NCBI GenBank assembly: GCA_964594925.1
Contig: CAZQOG010000001.1
Location: forward strand, 3,239 to 67,238
DNA: 64,000 nucleotides
From: an uncultured Desulfohalobiaceae bacterium
GTDB lineage: Bacteria > Desulfobacterota > Desulfovibrionia > Desulfovibrionales > CAZUBS01
Reading direction: 5' to 3'
The translations under genes and the position numbers were made by a program. The notes beneath the pieces were generated by a model. It searched no databases. It worked only from the letters and a program-made list of their open reading frames with translations, and was not told where the DNA came from. Below are positions 41,856 through 51,977 of this stretch, in pieces; positions within the stretch are counted from its first letter, which is position 1; each line of letters begins with the position of its first letter.

Positions 41856-44531
41856 TCAGGCCGAAACCGCCGCCCGGGTTGTGCTGAGCAGGAAGATCTC
41901 GCCGGGGTCCAGGATCAGGACCACGCTGCCGTCACCCATGATCGTGGCCCCTGAGATGCCCTGCAGGTTGCCCAGATAATTGCCCATGGACTTGATGACC
42001 ACCTCCTGGCGCTCCAGCAGGGAGTCCACCACCAGCCCCAGCCGCCTGTCGTTGACGGACATGATCACGATGGGCAGGACATCCCGCTCCTGCTTCTGAT
42101 CGGGCAGGCCCAGCACCTCGGCCAGGTCCACGATGCCCAGCACGTCGCCGCGCAGGGTCACGGCCTTGCGCTTGTTGACCTCCGTCAGCCTGCTGGTGGC
42201 GATCTTGGTGGTCTCTGAAACAGCGTCCAGGGGGATGGCGTAGGTATCGCCGCACACTGTGACCATCAAGGCCTCGATAATGGCCAGGGTCAGGGGAAGT
42301 GACAGAATGAAGGTGCTTCCCTTTCCAAGCTCCGACTGGATCCCGATGCTGCCCTTGAGCTCCTTGATGTTGTTGCGCACCACATCCATGCCCACGCCCC
42401 GGCCTGAGATATCGGTAATCTTTTCGGCAGTTGAAAACCCGGGGGCAAAGATCAGCTCCCTGGCCTCGCGGTCGTCCAGGCTCCGGGCCTCCTGATCGCT
42501 GATAAGCCCTTTGTCCACGGCGATGGTGCGCATCTTTTCGGGATCGATTCCCCTGCCGTCGTCCTGGATCTCGATGATCACCGAGTTGCCCTGGTGATAG
42601 GCGCGCAGCCACACGCGCCCGACAGGGTCCTTTCCCGCCCCAAGACGCTGCTCCTCGTTCTCCAGCCCATGGTCCACGGCATTGCGGATAAGGTGCACCA
42701 GAGGGTCCCCGATCACCTCCACCACGCTCTTGTCCAGCTCGGTCTCCTCCCCCTCGGTGATCAGCTCCACCCGCTTCTCGCTCTTGCGGCTCAGGTCGCG
42801 CACCAGCCTGGGAAAACGGGAAAAGACCGTCTTGACCGGGACCATGCGCACCTTCATGATCGTGTCCTGGAGGTCGTCCGATATCCTGGCCATTGAGTAG
42901 GTGGTCTCGGTCAGCTGCTGGGCGATTTCCACCACCCCGTGCCTGCCCTGCAGCTCCTTGGCCAGCAGGGCGTAACGGTTGCGGTTGATGATCAGCTCCC
43001 CGATCAGGTTCATGAGATGATCGAGCTTCTCGTGGTCGACCCGGATGGTCGAAGAGGTCTGGATCCTGGTCTTGGCCGCAGGCTGGGCAGCGTCGCTGGG
43101 CAAGGCTGGCCGGGCCTTTTGCCCGGGCACGGATTGCCCGGGCTGCGCCGCCAGCTCTTCCGGCTGCCGTGACCCTGCTTCTGCGTCCGCTTCGGCAAAG
43201 GCCCCGGACCGGGGGCCGGCATCCTTGCCCGGCTCCGCTGTCTTGTCCTCACCCCCGCCCCGATCCACTGACTTGCCGCGCACTTGCTGCAGGGCCTTCT
43301 CCACCATGTCGCGGAGTATGGAGGCCTCCTGCTCCAGCATGTCCTGAAGCATCTCAAAGTCCAGGTCCGTCTTGCGGGCCTGATCCACCAGGTTGGCGGT
43401 ACGCTCCGCAGTGACGGCAATGTCCTCAAGCCCCATGTAGGCGGCCGCATTCTGCAGGGAGACCAGCGAGCGGAACAGCCCGTCGATCAGCTCCCGGTTG
43501 CAGCTGTCCTGTCTGAGGCTTTGCAAGGCGAAGTCGATGTTATTGAACTGCTGCCCGGCGGTCTGCTCGAAGATCTTGAGATCCTCGACGTCCTCGGGCG
43601 GCGCTTCTGTCTGGCCGGACGGATCCGGGGCGGGCGCCGGGGTCTCTTCGAGCACCCTCTCACGGCTGCACTGCACCGTCTGTTGCAGCAGCTCCGCCAA
43701 GCGGGAGACGTCAAAGGGCTCCACCCGCCCGTTGCCCGGGTCCACCCGGGAGACCAGCGACTCGATGGTGTCGACCACTTGCAGCAGCAGATCCAGCACT
43801 GGACGTTCCGGAATGGACTCCCTGGTGCGGTAGATGTTGAGCAGGGTCTCGGCTTCGTGCGTGACCCTGTTCAGCTCGGCATACCCGGCAATGCCGCTGT
43901 TCCCCTTGAGGTTGTGGAAGCAGCGGAATGCCTCCCGGACCAGCTCCCCCTCATTGTCCGGGCTCTTTTCCATCTCCAGCAGGGAGGCGTTCAGGCTCTG
44001 GATGATCTCGCGGCTTTCCTCCATGAAGTCGGAAAGGTGCTCGGGGCTGACCAGGGTCAGGCTGTAGGCCCCGCACTGACCGTTGTCCTCGACCGGGATG
44101 CCGATACCGCCCGCGGCTTGTTCGGGGGGGCTGCATTCCCCGGACAGGAGCCCGTTGATGGTGGCGATGGTGGTGGCGGTCTCCACATCGCCCTCTTGAG
44201 AGCTCTGCTCCAGGTTGTCGATCAGCTGCCTGAGCTTGTCCGTGGCCTCGAGAACCACATCCATGATCTCGGTGGACAAGCTCAGGTTGCCCTTGCGCAG
44301 GGCGTCCAGAAAGTTTTCCGCGTTGTGGGCCAGGGCGTTGATCACATTGAGCCCCAGAAACCCCGAGGCCCCTTTCAGGGAATGCATGGGGCGAAAGATG
44401 TCGTCCAGAAGCTTCAGGTTGCCGGGGTCCTTTTCCAGCTCCAGCAGGCTCGGCTCGATGGAATCCAGGTGCTCCCTGGCCTCTATGACGAACTCCGAGA
44501 AGATTTCCGGATCAAACATGTCCTGATTCAT
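41856..44531 (-). CDS. cheA: chemotaxis histidine kinase CheA with multiple Hpt domains
   Basis: 891 aa. Hpt motifs FRPMHSLKGASG and FRCFHNLKGNSG. Dimerisation/HATPase region (HLIRNAVDHG, DDGRGID, GRGVGMDVV). C-terminal CheW-like domain. Confidence 0.95.
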   Translation of the reverse strand: MNQDMFDPEIFSEFVIEAREHLDSIEPSLLELEKDPGNLKLLDDIFRPMHSLKGASGFLGLNVINALAHNAENFLDALRKGNLSLSTEIMDVVLEATDKLRQLIDNLEQSSQEGDVETATTIATINGLLSGECSPPEQAAGGIGIPVEDNGQCGAYSLTLVSPEHLSDFMEESREIIQSLNASLLEMEKSPDNEGELVREAFRCFHNLKGNSGIAGYAELNRVTHEAETLLNIYRTRESIPERPVLDLLLQVVDTIESLVSRVDPGNGRVEPFDVSRLAELLQQTVQCSRERVLEETPAPAPDPSGQTEAPPEDVEDLKIFEQTAGQQFNNIDFALQSLRQDSCNRELIDGLFRSLVSLQNAAAYMGLEDIAVTAERTANLVDQARKTDLDFEMLQDMLEQEASILRDMVEKALQQVRGKSVDRGGGEDKTAEPGKDAGPRSGAFAEADAEAGSRQPEELAAQPGQSVPGQKARPALPSDAAQPAAKTRIQTSSTIRVDHEKLDHLMNLIGELIINRNRYALLAKELQGRHGVVEIAQQLTETTYSMARISDDLQDTIMKVRMVPVKTVFSRFPRLVRDLSRKSEKRVELITEGEETELDKSVVEVIGDPLVHLIRNAVDHGLENEEQRLGAGKDPVGRVWLRAYHQGNSVIIEIQDDGRGIDPEKMRTIAVDKGLISDQEARSLDDREARELIFAPGFSTAEKITDISGRGVGMDVVRNNIKELKGSIGIQSELGKGSTFILSLPLTLAIIEALMVTVCGDTYAIPLDAVSETTKIATSRLTEVNKRKAVTLRGDVLGIVDLAEVLGLPDQKQERDVLPIVIMSVNDRRLGLVVDSLLERQEVVIKSMGNYLGNLQGISGATIMGDGSVVLILDPGEIFLLSTTRAAVSA

Positions 44532-44974
44532 GGAGTCCCCTGTAACGGCATCAGAGCGTCCTCTTCCCTTCTTCGAACTTTCTTGCTTCCAGCTTCCAGC
44601 TTCGAGCTTCCAGCTGTAACGCAGCCCCCCCTTCGCACAAGACTACGGAGGGCAGGCCAGCGGGGATGTTTCAACGGCCCGCTACCCCAGCCAACCCATC
44701 GTACAAGGCAGGGCACGTGCAACGTGCCCCTACAACCCAATGCAAAATTCTCCCACCAGGGAACAAGTTCGAAGTCGGAAGTTTGAAGTTCGAAGGAAAG
44801 AAAAGAATCGAGTTCCCATTGTATTTATTCTTCCTGGTTTGCTTCCAGCTTCCGACTTCGAGCTTCGAACTTCTTCCCTTGCTTCCAGCTTCCAGCTTCG
44901 AGCTTCCAGCTTCAATTTACGTGAGGGTTTGCCCTTGGGGAAGCAACGCAGTCCAGCGGGGATTTTTCAACGGC
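44532..44974. repeat. 443-bp intercistronic repeat island between cheY and cheA
   Basis: Made of a family A run (44561-44615), CTACGGAGGGCAGGCC module, family B fragment, half-REP plus shared 74-bp block (44705-44778), 140-bp family A element (44779-44915) and a family B fragment (44917-44974). Confidence 0.85.
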
Positions 44975-45349
44975 CTACCTCCCGCCAAGGAGCATCTTGA
45001 CGTTGCGCACCAGGTCGTCCGGCTGGGCCGGCTTGACCATGTACATGTTGGCACCCAGCATCATGCCTTGCTGGATGTCCTTTTCCTGCCCCTCGGTAGA
45101 CAGCACCACCACTGGGATGTCCCGATAGGATTCCTGCTCCCGAACGGTCTTGATAAAGGTGAACCCGTCCATCTTGGGCATGTTCACATCGCTGATGATC
45201 AGGTCCACCCGATCTGCCGAGTACAGCTTCTCCAGGCCTTCCAGGCCGTCCTCTGCAGTGATGACCCGAAACCCTTCCTTCTTCATGATGAAGGCCACCA
45301 GGTTCCTCACAGTCTTGGAATCGTCCACAATCAGGATATGTTTAACCAT
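44975..45349 (-). CDS. cheY: CheY-like single-domain response regulator
   Basis: 124 aa. ILIVDDSKTVRNL...DLIISDVNMPKMDG...VVVLSTEG. Confidence 0.9.
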   Translation of the reverse strand: MVKHILIVDDSKTVRNLVAFIMKKEGFRVITAEDGLEGLEKLYSADRVDLIISDVNMPKMDGFTFIKTVREQESYRDIPVVVLSTEGQEKDIQQGMMLGANMYMVKPAQPDDLVRNVKMLLGGR

Positions 45350-46121
45350 CCGTCCCCCTGTTTCGCATCAGAACCCTGTCGACAAGGCCGGCGACATCGA
45401 CGATTCCGATCAGCCGCTCGCCGTTCTTGACCAGACCGGCCAGGAGATCCGAGGCCACGCCAAGGTTTGAGTCGATGTTCCACTCTATGGTCTCGCGGGT
45501 CATTCTGTACATGCTGGCCACCCGCGTGACCAGCAGCCCGATCTGCAGCTCCGGAGCCTTGCAGATGATCACGAACTGCTCGTCCCCGGATTGGTGACCG
45601 GAAACGTCGAGCAGCATGCCCAGGTGGACCAGGGGGGTGACCCGGCCCCTGAGGTTGATGATGCCGGCCATGAAGGAGGGTGCCGTAGGAAGCCTGGTCG
45701 GCTCCATCCTGCGTACCACCTCCTGCACGTCGGTTATGGGCACCACGAACTCCTGCTTCCCCAGATAGAAGCTCACCAGCTGCAGCTCCTCCAACTGGTC
45801 ACGCTCCGTGGTCCGGGCATCCTCCCCTGCACCCTCATCCGGCGCAGGACATGGAGAAGGAGGGGCCTGGGGCTGTCCGTCCCTGGGATGCTCTTCCGTA
45901 TCAGGCTTGGCTGCGCCTTCGGCCACGTGCTCCACCGGCCCGCTCCCCGCCTGGGGGGGCTGGTCCCGGCCCGGATGCAGTTCGAGCTTTCTGAGCAGCT
46001 CTTCCTGCTCCATGCCCAGATACCGGCGCAGAAACTCCTGCTCGTCCCGGGTGAATGGTTGTTCCTCCGCGCTCTCGGGGAGCTCGATGCCGTCCTTGAA
46101 ATATTCTTCCGGTGTCTTCAT
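45342..46121 (-). CDS. CheW-domain protein with an acidic/Pro-rich N-terminal extension (ParP-like)
   Basis: 259 aa. C-terminal CheW fold ([24 protein letters not shown]...[18 protein letters not shown]). Translationally coupled to the upstream ParA-like gene. Confidence 0.75.
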   Translation of the reverse strand: MKTPEEYFKDGIELPESAEEQPFTRDEQEFLRRYLGMEQEELLRKLELHPGRDQPPQAGSGPVEHVAEGAAKPDTEEHPRDGQPQAPPSPCPAPDEGAGEDARTTERDQLEELQLVSFYLGKQEFVVPITDVQEVVRRMEPTRLPTAPSFMAGIINLRGRVTPLVHLGMLLDVSGHQSGDEQFVIICKAPELQIGLLVTRVASMYRMTRETIEWNIDSNLGVASDLLAGLVKNGERLIGIVDVAGLVDRVLMRNRGTDG

Positions 46122-46891
46122 GGCGAAAGCTTTCGGATCTCCCGGGCCAGCCGCTGGTACTCGACCGAGCCGCGTGAATCAGGGGCGATGTCCAGGATGG
46201 TTTTGCCCACCCCGCTGGCCTCCCGAAACTTGGTGTCTATGTTGATGACCGTTTCCAGGAGCCGCGCGCCCATCTTGCGCCTGAGCAGGTTGAGCACCCT
46301 GCGGCAGGCCCCGGCCCGGCGGTCGTACATCGTGGCCAGGGCACGGTACTCAATGGGCCGCGGCATGACCCTGTTGAGCATGCGCATGGTGTCGAACATG
46401 AGCTTGAGCCCGTGCAGGGCCAGAAAGTCCGTCTGGATGGGAATGACCGTCAGGTTCGAGGCCACCAGGGCGTTGACCATGAGCACCCCGATATTGGGCG
46501 GGCAGTCCAGGATGATATGGTCGTAGTCCTGTGCAACAGCGATCAGCCCCTTCCTGAGTATGAGGCCCTTCCCCGGCTTGCCCTTGAGGTCCCCCTCCAG
46601 GTCTGAAAGGCGGACGTGGCTGGGCACGAAATCAAAACCCATGCCCCTGTCGGGCTGGATGGCCCGCTCCCAGACCGAGCGGTCCGCCACACTCCCCGCG
46701 AACAGATCAAAGGCTCCGTGCTCCACCTGCTCCGGATAAAAGGCCAGGTGGATGGTGGCGCAGGCATGCGGATCGAGGTCCACGACCAGGACCCGGAGCT
46801 CCATCCTGGAGAGGGCGGCTGCCAGGGTCAGCGCCGTGGTGGTCTTGCCCACCCCGCCCTTCTGGTTGGCGATGCACAGTACTTTGCTCAT
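46118..46891 (-). CDS. ParA/MinD-family ATPase (ParC/PpfA-like, chemosensory-array partitioning type)
   Basis: Trimmed to the ATG at 46891 ([27 protein letters not shown], deviant Walker A). Embedded in the che cluster. Confidence 0.8.
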   Translation of the reverse strand: MSKVLCIANQKGGVGKTTTALTLAAALSRMELRVLVVDLDPHACATIHLAFYPEQVEHGAFDLFAGSVADRSVWERAIQPDRGMGFDFVPSHVRLSDLEGDLKGKPGKGLILRKGLIAVAQDYDHIILDCPPNIGVLMVNALVASNLTVIPIQTDFLALHGLKLMFDTMRMLNRVMPRPIEYRALATMYDRRAGACRRVLNLLRRKMGARLLETVINIDTKFREASGVGKTILDIAPDSRGSVEYQRLAREIRKLSP

Positions 46892-46936
46892 TGACGATTC
46901 GTGTCCGCCTTTACGCTCCAAGCACAAGTAAGACAT

Positions 46937-47588
46937 TAGAAAAGGCAGGGCACGTGCAACGTGCCCCTACAAACCAATGCAAAATTCTCCCCCAGGGAAC
47001 AAGTTCGAAGTCGGCCTGTCCCCCGTAGCTTCAAATCCATAGACTCAACGCATTCCAGCATACCGTCTAAGAACCTGATTCTGGTCGGGGCGCCTGCCAC
47101 GCGCCTTTTTTTCTGCCGAGCCTTGGTTCCGGCATGAGGTTCCGACCAAAGGCAGGGCGGTAGCCAACCGCCCCTACCAGAAAAGAAATACTCGATCCGA
47201 AAAAAACTCTTTTCTCGTTGTCGTTGTCGTTGTCGTTGTCGTAATCGTAATCGATCTTCTTGTTCCAGCGGGGATTTTTCAACATTTCTTTCTTTGCGGG
47301 CCGTTCAAAAACCTCGCTGGCAACCCAGGCTTCGCTTTGGCTACGCCGTGGCATGGGGCGCTTTACCAAGGCCAAGGCCGAAGCGTATTCTTCATACGTG
47401 AGGGTTTGCCCTTGGTGAAGCAACGCAGTCCAGCGGGGATTTTTCAACATTCTTTTCTCTTCGCAGGCCGTTCAAAAACCTCGCTGGCAAGGCGCTTTCC
47501 CACGGGCAAGGCCGAAGCGTATTCCCTATACGTGAGGGTTTGCCCGTGGGGAAGCAACGCAGTCCAGCGAGGATTTTTCAACGGCCTG
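46937..47588. repeat. 652-bp intercistronic repeat island between the PilZ gene and the ParA-like gene
   Basis: Contains the shared 73-bp block with half-REP (46942-47014), a REPIN (47080-47181), hexamer run (GTTGTC)4(GTAATC)2 at 47214-47255, and family B copies at 47301-47448 and 47468-47584. Confidence 0.85.
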
Positions 47589-47981
47589 CTACCCCAGCTG
47601 CTTTTTGATCATGGCTGCCAGGGCCTTCCAGTCGTCCTCCCAGACGTCGACGAACTTGAGCCCCATGTCGTAGAGGGTCAGGGGGGCTTTTTCGTCGATC
47701 CAGGCCACCTCGGCCACCGCCACCAGGTGCTGCCCCACATCACTTTCAAAAACCTTGAAGTAGCTCGGGTGGAACTTGTTCAGGCCCGAGATGTAGATGG
47801 TGAGCTGTATCTTTTCCCCGGCCTGAAAGCTTCGGGGGGACTCCACCCGGAGCCCGCCCTGGCTGATGTCCCGGCAGTGGGTCGAGACCGCGGGCTGCTC
47901 TGCCGGCGGGTACCTGAACTCGCTGATCTCGACCCGGAATTTCTTGCGCAACCGCTGGTACTGTCGTCGGTTGGCATCCAC
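47589..47981 (-). CDS. PilZ domain protein
   Basis: GTG at 47981 with AAGGAGGGG upstream, directly after the cheR stop. RRQYQR (RRxxxR) and DISQGG (DxSxxG). About 130 aa. Confidence 0.75.
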   Translation of the reverse strand: MDANRRQYQRLRKKFRVEISEFRYPPAEQPAVSTHCRDISQGGLRVESPRSFQAGEKIQLTIYISGLNKFHPSYFKVFESDVGQHLVAVAEVAWIDEKAPLTLYDMGLKFVDVWEDDWKALAAMIKKQLG

Positions 47982-47983
47982 GG

Positions 47984-48862
47984 CTACCCCTCCTTCTTGT
48001 ACATGATAGCCCCGGGCAGATGGATGGGCTTGAAGGCTCTGGAAATGTTGTGCAGCGACTCCGAGTGTCCGATGATCAGGTACCCCCCCGAGGCCAGGTT
48101 GTCGTAGAACCCGCTGATGACCCTGCGCTTCATCTCGTCGTCGAAGTAGATGATCACGTTGCGGCAGAAGATGCACTGGGAGCGCTCCACCCGTTTGAGC
48201 TGGTACCGGTCGCTCAGGTTGATCTGCACGAAGCTGACCATTTTCTTGATCTCGTCACTGACCTCGAACCGCCCCCCTTCGAGCTCCTTCATGTACCGTG
48301 AAATCAGGTGCCTGGGCGTGGTGCGCAGGGAGTACTCGGAGTAAATGCCCCTGGCGGCGCTCTTGAGCACCCCCTCAGAAAGGTCATTGGCCGTGATGCG
48401 GATGTCCCACTGCTGCACGCTGCCCCGCAGGACCTCATGCAGGATCATGGCGATGGTGTAAGGCTCTTCCCCCGTGGAGCAGCCCGCAGACCAGATGCGC
48501 AGCTTTCTGGTCCCGGCCCGGGCGCTGATGATCTCCGGCAGGACCTTTTCCTGGAATGACTGCAGCTGGGGCGGGTTGCGAAAGAAGCTGGTCTCGTTGG
48601 TGGTGATGACCTCGAAGAGCCGATTCATCTCCTTCTGGCGCCCCGGGTCGTACTTGAGGTAGTAGTAGTACTCTCCAAAGGATTTGAGGTTGAGATCCTT
48701 GAGCCTGTTGCAGAGCCTGTTCTCGAGCAGATACTTGCGGTTGTCCGCGACATAGATCCCGCTCTGCTGGTAGACGAAGTCCCGAAGCTGCACGAACTCC
48801 TCGTCCGTGATCTTGAGCTCCTTGCGCAGGGTGATGGTCTTGGAAAAAAGGGACGAGCTCAT
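47984..48862 (-). CDS. cheR: chemotaxis protein methyltransferase
   Basis: 292 aa. FFRNPPQL, SAM-binding RIWSAGCSTGEEPYTIAM, IFCRNVIIYF. Confidence 0.95.
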   Translation of the reverse strand: MSSSLFSKTITLRKELKITDEEFVQLRDFVYQQSGIYVADNRKYLLENRLCNRLKDLNLKSFGEYYYYLKYDPGRQKEMNRLFEVITTNETSFFRNPPQLQSFQEKVLPEIISARAGTRKLRIWSAGCSTGEEPYTIAMILHEVLRGSVQQWDIRITANDLSEGVLKSAARGIYSEYSLRTTPRHLISRYMKELEGGRFEVSDEIKKMVSFVQINLSDRYQLKRVERSQCIFCRNVIIYFDDEMKRRVISGFYDNLASGGYLIIGHSESLHNISRAFKPIHLPGAIMYKKEG

Positions 48863-50796
48863 TCCCCCTCCCCGGGCATCCGGCTGCGAATCCGATCGAC
48901 CGCATCCTGGGCCACGCCCTGAACCTCAGGGTCCTGCTGCTCGAGCAGCTGCAAAAGCATTTCAAACGACTCACTGTCTCCGATCTTTCCCAGAGTCTCC
49001 ACGGCCTTGAGCACGATCAGCTTGTTGGGGTGGTTCAAAAGCTCAGCCACGGGCTCAAGCGGCAAAGCCTCATCCTGTTCGGCCAGTGATTCGAGGGCCC
49101 GGATCTTGACCCAGTCGTCCTCGTCCCGCAGCGCGTTCAGCAGGTAGCGGTTGGCATCCGGGTGGCGGCAGCTTCCAAGCACCTCCATCAGGGCCTTGCG
49201 CACCTCCACATTGTCGTCGTGCAGCCGGTCCTCGAGCAGGGACAGTGCACCTGGTGTCGCGGCACAGGTGCTGCCCACCGCCTCGAGGGCTATCTTGCGG
49301 ATGTCCGGAACCGGGTCGTGCAGGGCCTTCTCCAGACGCTCCATATAGGCCTCAATGTCCACGTTGCCGAAAGCGTACACAGCCATGAGCCTGTGCAGCG
49401 GCTCGGTGCTTTCGAACATCTCCTCGAAACGGCTCATGACTGCCTGGTTGGCCAGGTGGATGCTCGCCTCCAGGGCTGCCTCCTTGACGTCGTCGAAGCG
49501 GTGCTCCAGAAAGGCCAGTATCTCTTCCGTGGCTTCGTGCACCCTCTGCTTTTCGCCCAGGTACTTCAGGGCCTGCTTGATGACATGGCCGTCGCCGTGA
49601 GCCGACAGCACCTCACGAAAGAAACCCACGGCCTCAGGGCCTGCTGTCTCGCTCAGCACACCTGACAGCTCTCTTTGCAAATCACGTTCCTTGTCCCAGA
49701 AAACTTCCATCAGCAGCGAGGTGGCCTCAGGGCCGTCCAGCTCCTTGAGCACCCGCAGGGCCAGAGAGGCGGCCAGGGGGTCCTCTTGGCGCAGGGCCTG
49801 GGCCAGCCTGTCGTTGAGACCGATGGACACCAGGGCCCGGACCATGCCCTCGAAACGTTCCGGCTCCTTGTCCTGATCAAGGGTCGCGGCAAGCTTCAGG
49901 ATGCCCGCCGTGGCCTGCTCGTCCCCCAGATAGCTCAGGCCGAGCACGGCTGCGTCCTGGACCTCTGAGTCCTCGTCCCCCAGAGCCCTGGAAAGGGAGA
50001 CCCTGAGCATCTCCTGCTCTCGCAAGGAGAGCAGGGTCAGAGCCCGCTCCCCCAGCAGCTTGACCAGGGCCTGGACGATCTTGTTGCCAAGCGCCGGGTT
50101 GGCCGCTTCCAGGCTTTCCAGCAGCATGGGCACGGCCTTGATGTTCCCGGCCTCCCCCAGTGCCTCCACGATCATGGAGTCCACCAGCTCGGAGCCTTTC
50201 CCCAGGAAACCGGCCAGCGCGTCCACCGAGGATTCGTCGCGGATCTTGATCAGTGCCTCGATGACCGAGAACTGCACCCATTCTTCGTCGCCCAGGGCCT
50301 GGTTGAGACACTGGGCCGCAACCGGGCTCGCAATGTCGCCCAGGGCCACTGCGGCCTGATAGCGGACATTGACCTCGGGATCATCGAGCAGCACCCGGCA
50401 CAAGGCCCTGACCGCCCGGACATCGCCCGTGGCGCCCAGGATGTCGGCGGCAAAAATGCGCAGATCGGGATCGGGCCTCTCGAGCATCTCCAGGAGAGAG
50501 TCCAGGTCCCGGGATCCCACCTGACGGAGAATGTCCATGGCCAGGTTGCGCACCGCCACGTCATCGGACTCGAGCAGGGGCAGCACCGCCCTGACAGTGG
50601 ATGGGTCGGGGATCTTCCGCAGCGCCTGCTCCGCCGCCTCCTGAACGCCGAGGTTGTCGCTGGTGAGCAGCTTGACCAGAAGCGGCAGGGCCTCTTTGCA
50701 CTGCAGCTCTCCGGCGTGGTATGCGGCTTCACGCAGGGTGGCGCTGTCCGTTTCTTCCAGCTTGGCACACAGGGTCTGGCAATCCATGGTCTCCAT
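48859..50796 (-). CDS. HEAT-repeat (PBS-lyase-like) protein
   Basis: 645 aa of recurring about 30-aa units (D..VR..A..ALG.IGD), e.g. DDVAVRNLAMDILRQVG and DPEVNVRYQAAVALGDI. 4-nt overlap with cheR. Confidence 0.8.
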   Translation of the reverse strand: METMDCQTLCAKLEETDSATLREAAYHAGELQCKEALPLLVKLLTSDNLGVQEAAEQALRKIPDPSTVRAVLPLLESDDVAVRNLAMDILRQVGSRDLDSLLEMLERPDPDLRIFAADILGATGDVRAVRALCRVLLDDPEVNVRYQAAVALGDIASPVAAQCLNQALGDEEWVQFSVIEALIKIRDESSVDALAGFLGKGSELVDSMIVEALGEAGNIKAVPMLLESLEAANPALGNKIVQALVKLLGERALTLLSLREQEMLRVSLSRALGDEDSEVQDAAVLGLSYLGDEQATAGILKLAATLDQDKEPERFEGMVRALVSIGLNDRLAQALRQEDPLAASLALRVLKELDGPEATSLLMEVFWDKERDLQRELSGVLSETAGPEAVGFFREVLSAHGDGHVIKQALKYLGEKQRVHEATEEILAFLEHRFDDVKEAALEASIHLANQAVMSRFEEMFESTEPLHRLMAVYAFGNVDIEAYMERLEKALHDPVPDIRKIALEAVGSTCAATPGALSLLEDRLHDDNVEVRKALMEVLGSCRHPDANRYLLNALRDEDDWVKIRALESLAEQDEALPLEPVAELLNHPNKLIVLKAVETLGKIGDSESFEMLLQLLEQQDPEVQGVAQDAVDRIRSRMPGEGE

Positions 50797-50831
50797 CCAC
50801 TTGCAGTGTCCGGGGCGGTGGCCCGGACCGG

Positions 50832-51884
50832 TCAGTTGTAGAGGCTGTTGGTGATTTCCGCTGCCATGTCCTCGATGTCCACCACACCATCGGCCAGACC
50901 GTTTTGCACGATGGCCTTGGGCATGCCGTAAACCACGCAGGTGGAGTCGCTCTGGGCCAGGGCCTTCCCCCCCCGCTCCTTAAGGGCCCGGATGCCCTCC
51001 AGCCCGTCGGAGCCCATTCCGGTCAGGATGATCCCCAGCCCACGCCTGCCCACACCTTCGGCCACGGAAGAGATCAGCACGTTGGCCGAGGGTTTGTAGA
51101 GCGAGCCCCGGGGCTCCTGGCTGACCGTGACATCGATGTGGGTGACCCGCTGCGTGATGGACAGATGGGAGCCCCCCGGGGCGATGAAGACAACGCCGTC
51201 CTTGACCCGGTCACCGGCTTCCGCCTCCTTGACGGTGATGGCGCAGGTGTCGTTGAGCCGCTTGGCAAACGGACCGGTGAAGGCCTTGGGCATGTGCTGG
51301 GCAATGAGGATGCAGGCGGGGAATTTTTCCGGCAGCATGGAAAGCAGCTTCTGAACGGCGGGGGGCCCGCCCGTGGAAACCCCGATAGCCACGATGTCCC
51401 GGACCTGGGTCCTGCGGTCGGCCTTGGGCACGGTGACCACCTTGTCCGGATCCTGCCGCCTGACCCTGGCGGCCATGGGTGACCGGACCTTGCGCCTGGC
51501 CACGGTCTTGACCTTCTGCTGCAGCTCCTCTTCGATCTTGATGATCTGCAGGGAAACCTTGGAGAGCTGCTTGGGGATGAAGTCGACCGCGCCGAGCTCC
51601 ATGGCCTTGAGGGTTGCTTCGGCCCCCTCGTTGGTCAACGAGCTGATCATGATCACCGGCCTGGGCATCTCCATCATGATGTGCCTGAGCGCGGTCAGCC
51701 CGTCCATGCGCGGCATCTCGATGTCCATGGTCACCACGTCGGGATTGAGCTCCCGGACTTTCTCCAGGGCCTCCTCGCCGTTGTGGGCCACGCCCACCAC
51801 CTCGATCTCGGGATCGTTGTCCAGCATGGTGCTGATGGCCCGGCGCATGAATGCCGAGTCATCCACGACCAGTACGCTGATCAA
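50832..51884 (-). CDS. cheB: chemotaxis response regulator protein-glutamate methylesterase
   Basis: 350 aa. REC (VLVVDDSAFMRR...VVTMDIEMPRMDG) plus esterase (GVSTGGPPAV, AQHMPKAFTGPFAKRL, LTGMGSDG). Confidence 0.95.
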   Translation of the reverse strand: MISVLVVDDSAFMRRAISTMLDNDPEIEVVGVAHNGEEALEKVRELNPDVVTMDIEMPRMDGLTALRHIMMEMPRPVIMISSLTNEGAEATLKAMELGAVDFIPKQLSKVSLQIIKIEEELQQKVKTVARRKVRSPMAARVRRQDPDKVVTVPKADRRTQVRDIVAIGVSTGGPPAVQKLLSMLPEKFPACILIAQHMPKAFTGPFAKRLNDTCAITVKEAEAGDRVKDGVVFIAPGGSHLSITQRVTHIDVTVSQEPRGSLYKPSANVLISSVAEGVGRRGLGIILTGMGSDGLEGIRALKERGGKALAQSDSTCVVYGMPKAIVQNGLADGVVDIEDMAAEITNSLYN

Positions 51885-51977
51885 TGCCTGCTCCTCGCGT
51901 TGTGATTTGTCCGATTGTACGAGGACGGGCCGGCCACCTTTCGCAGAAAACCCCTCCCGGCTGAAAAATCCGATCGG

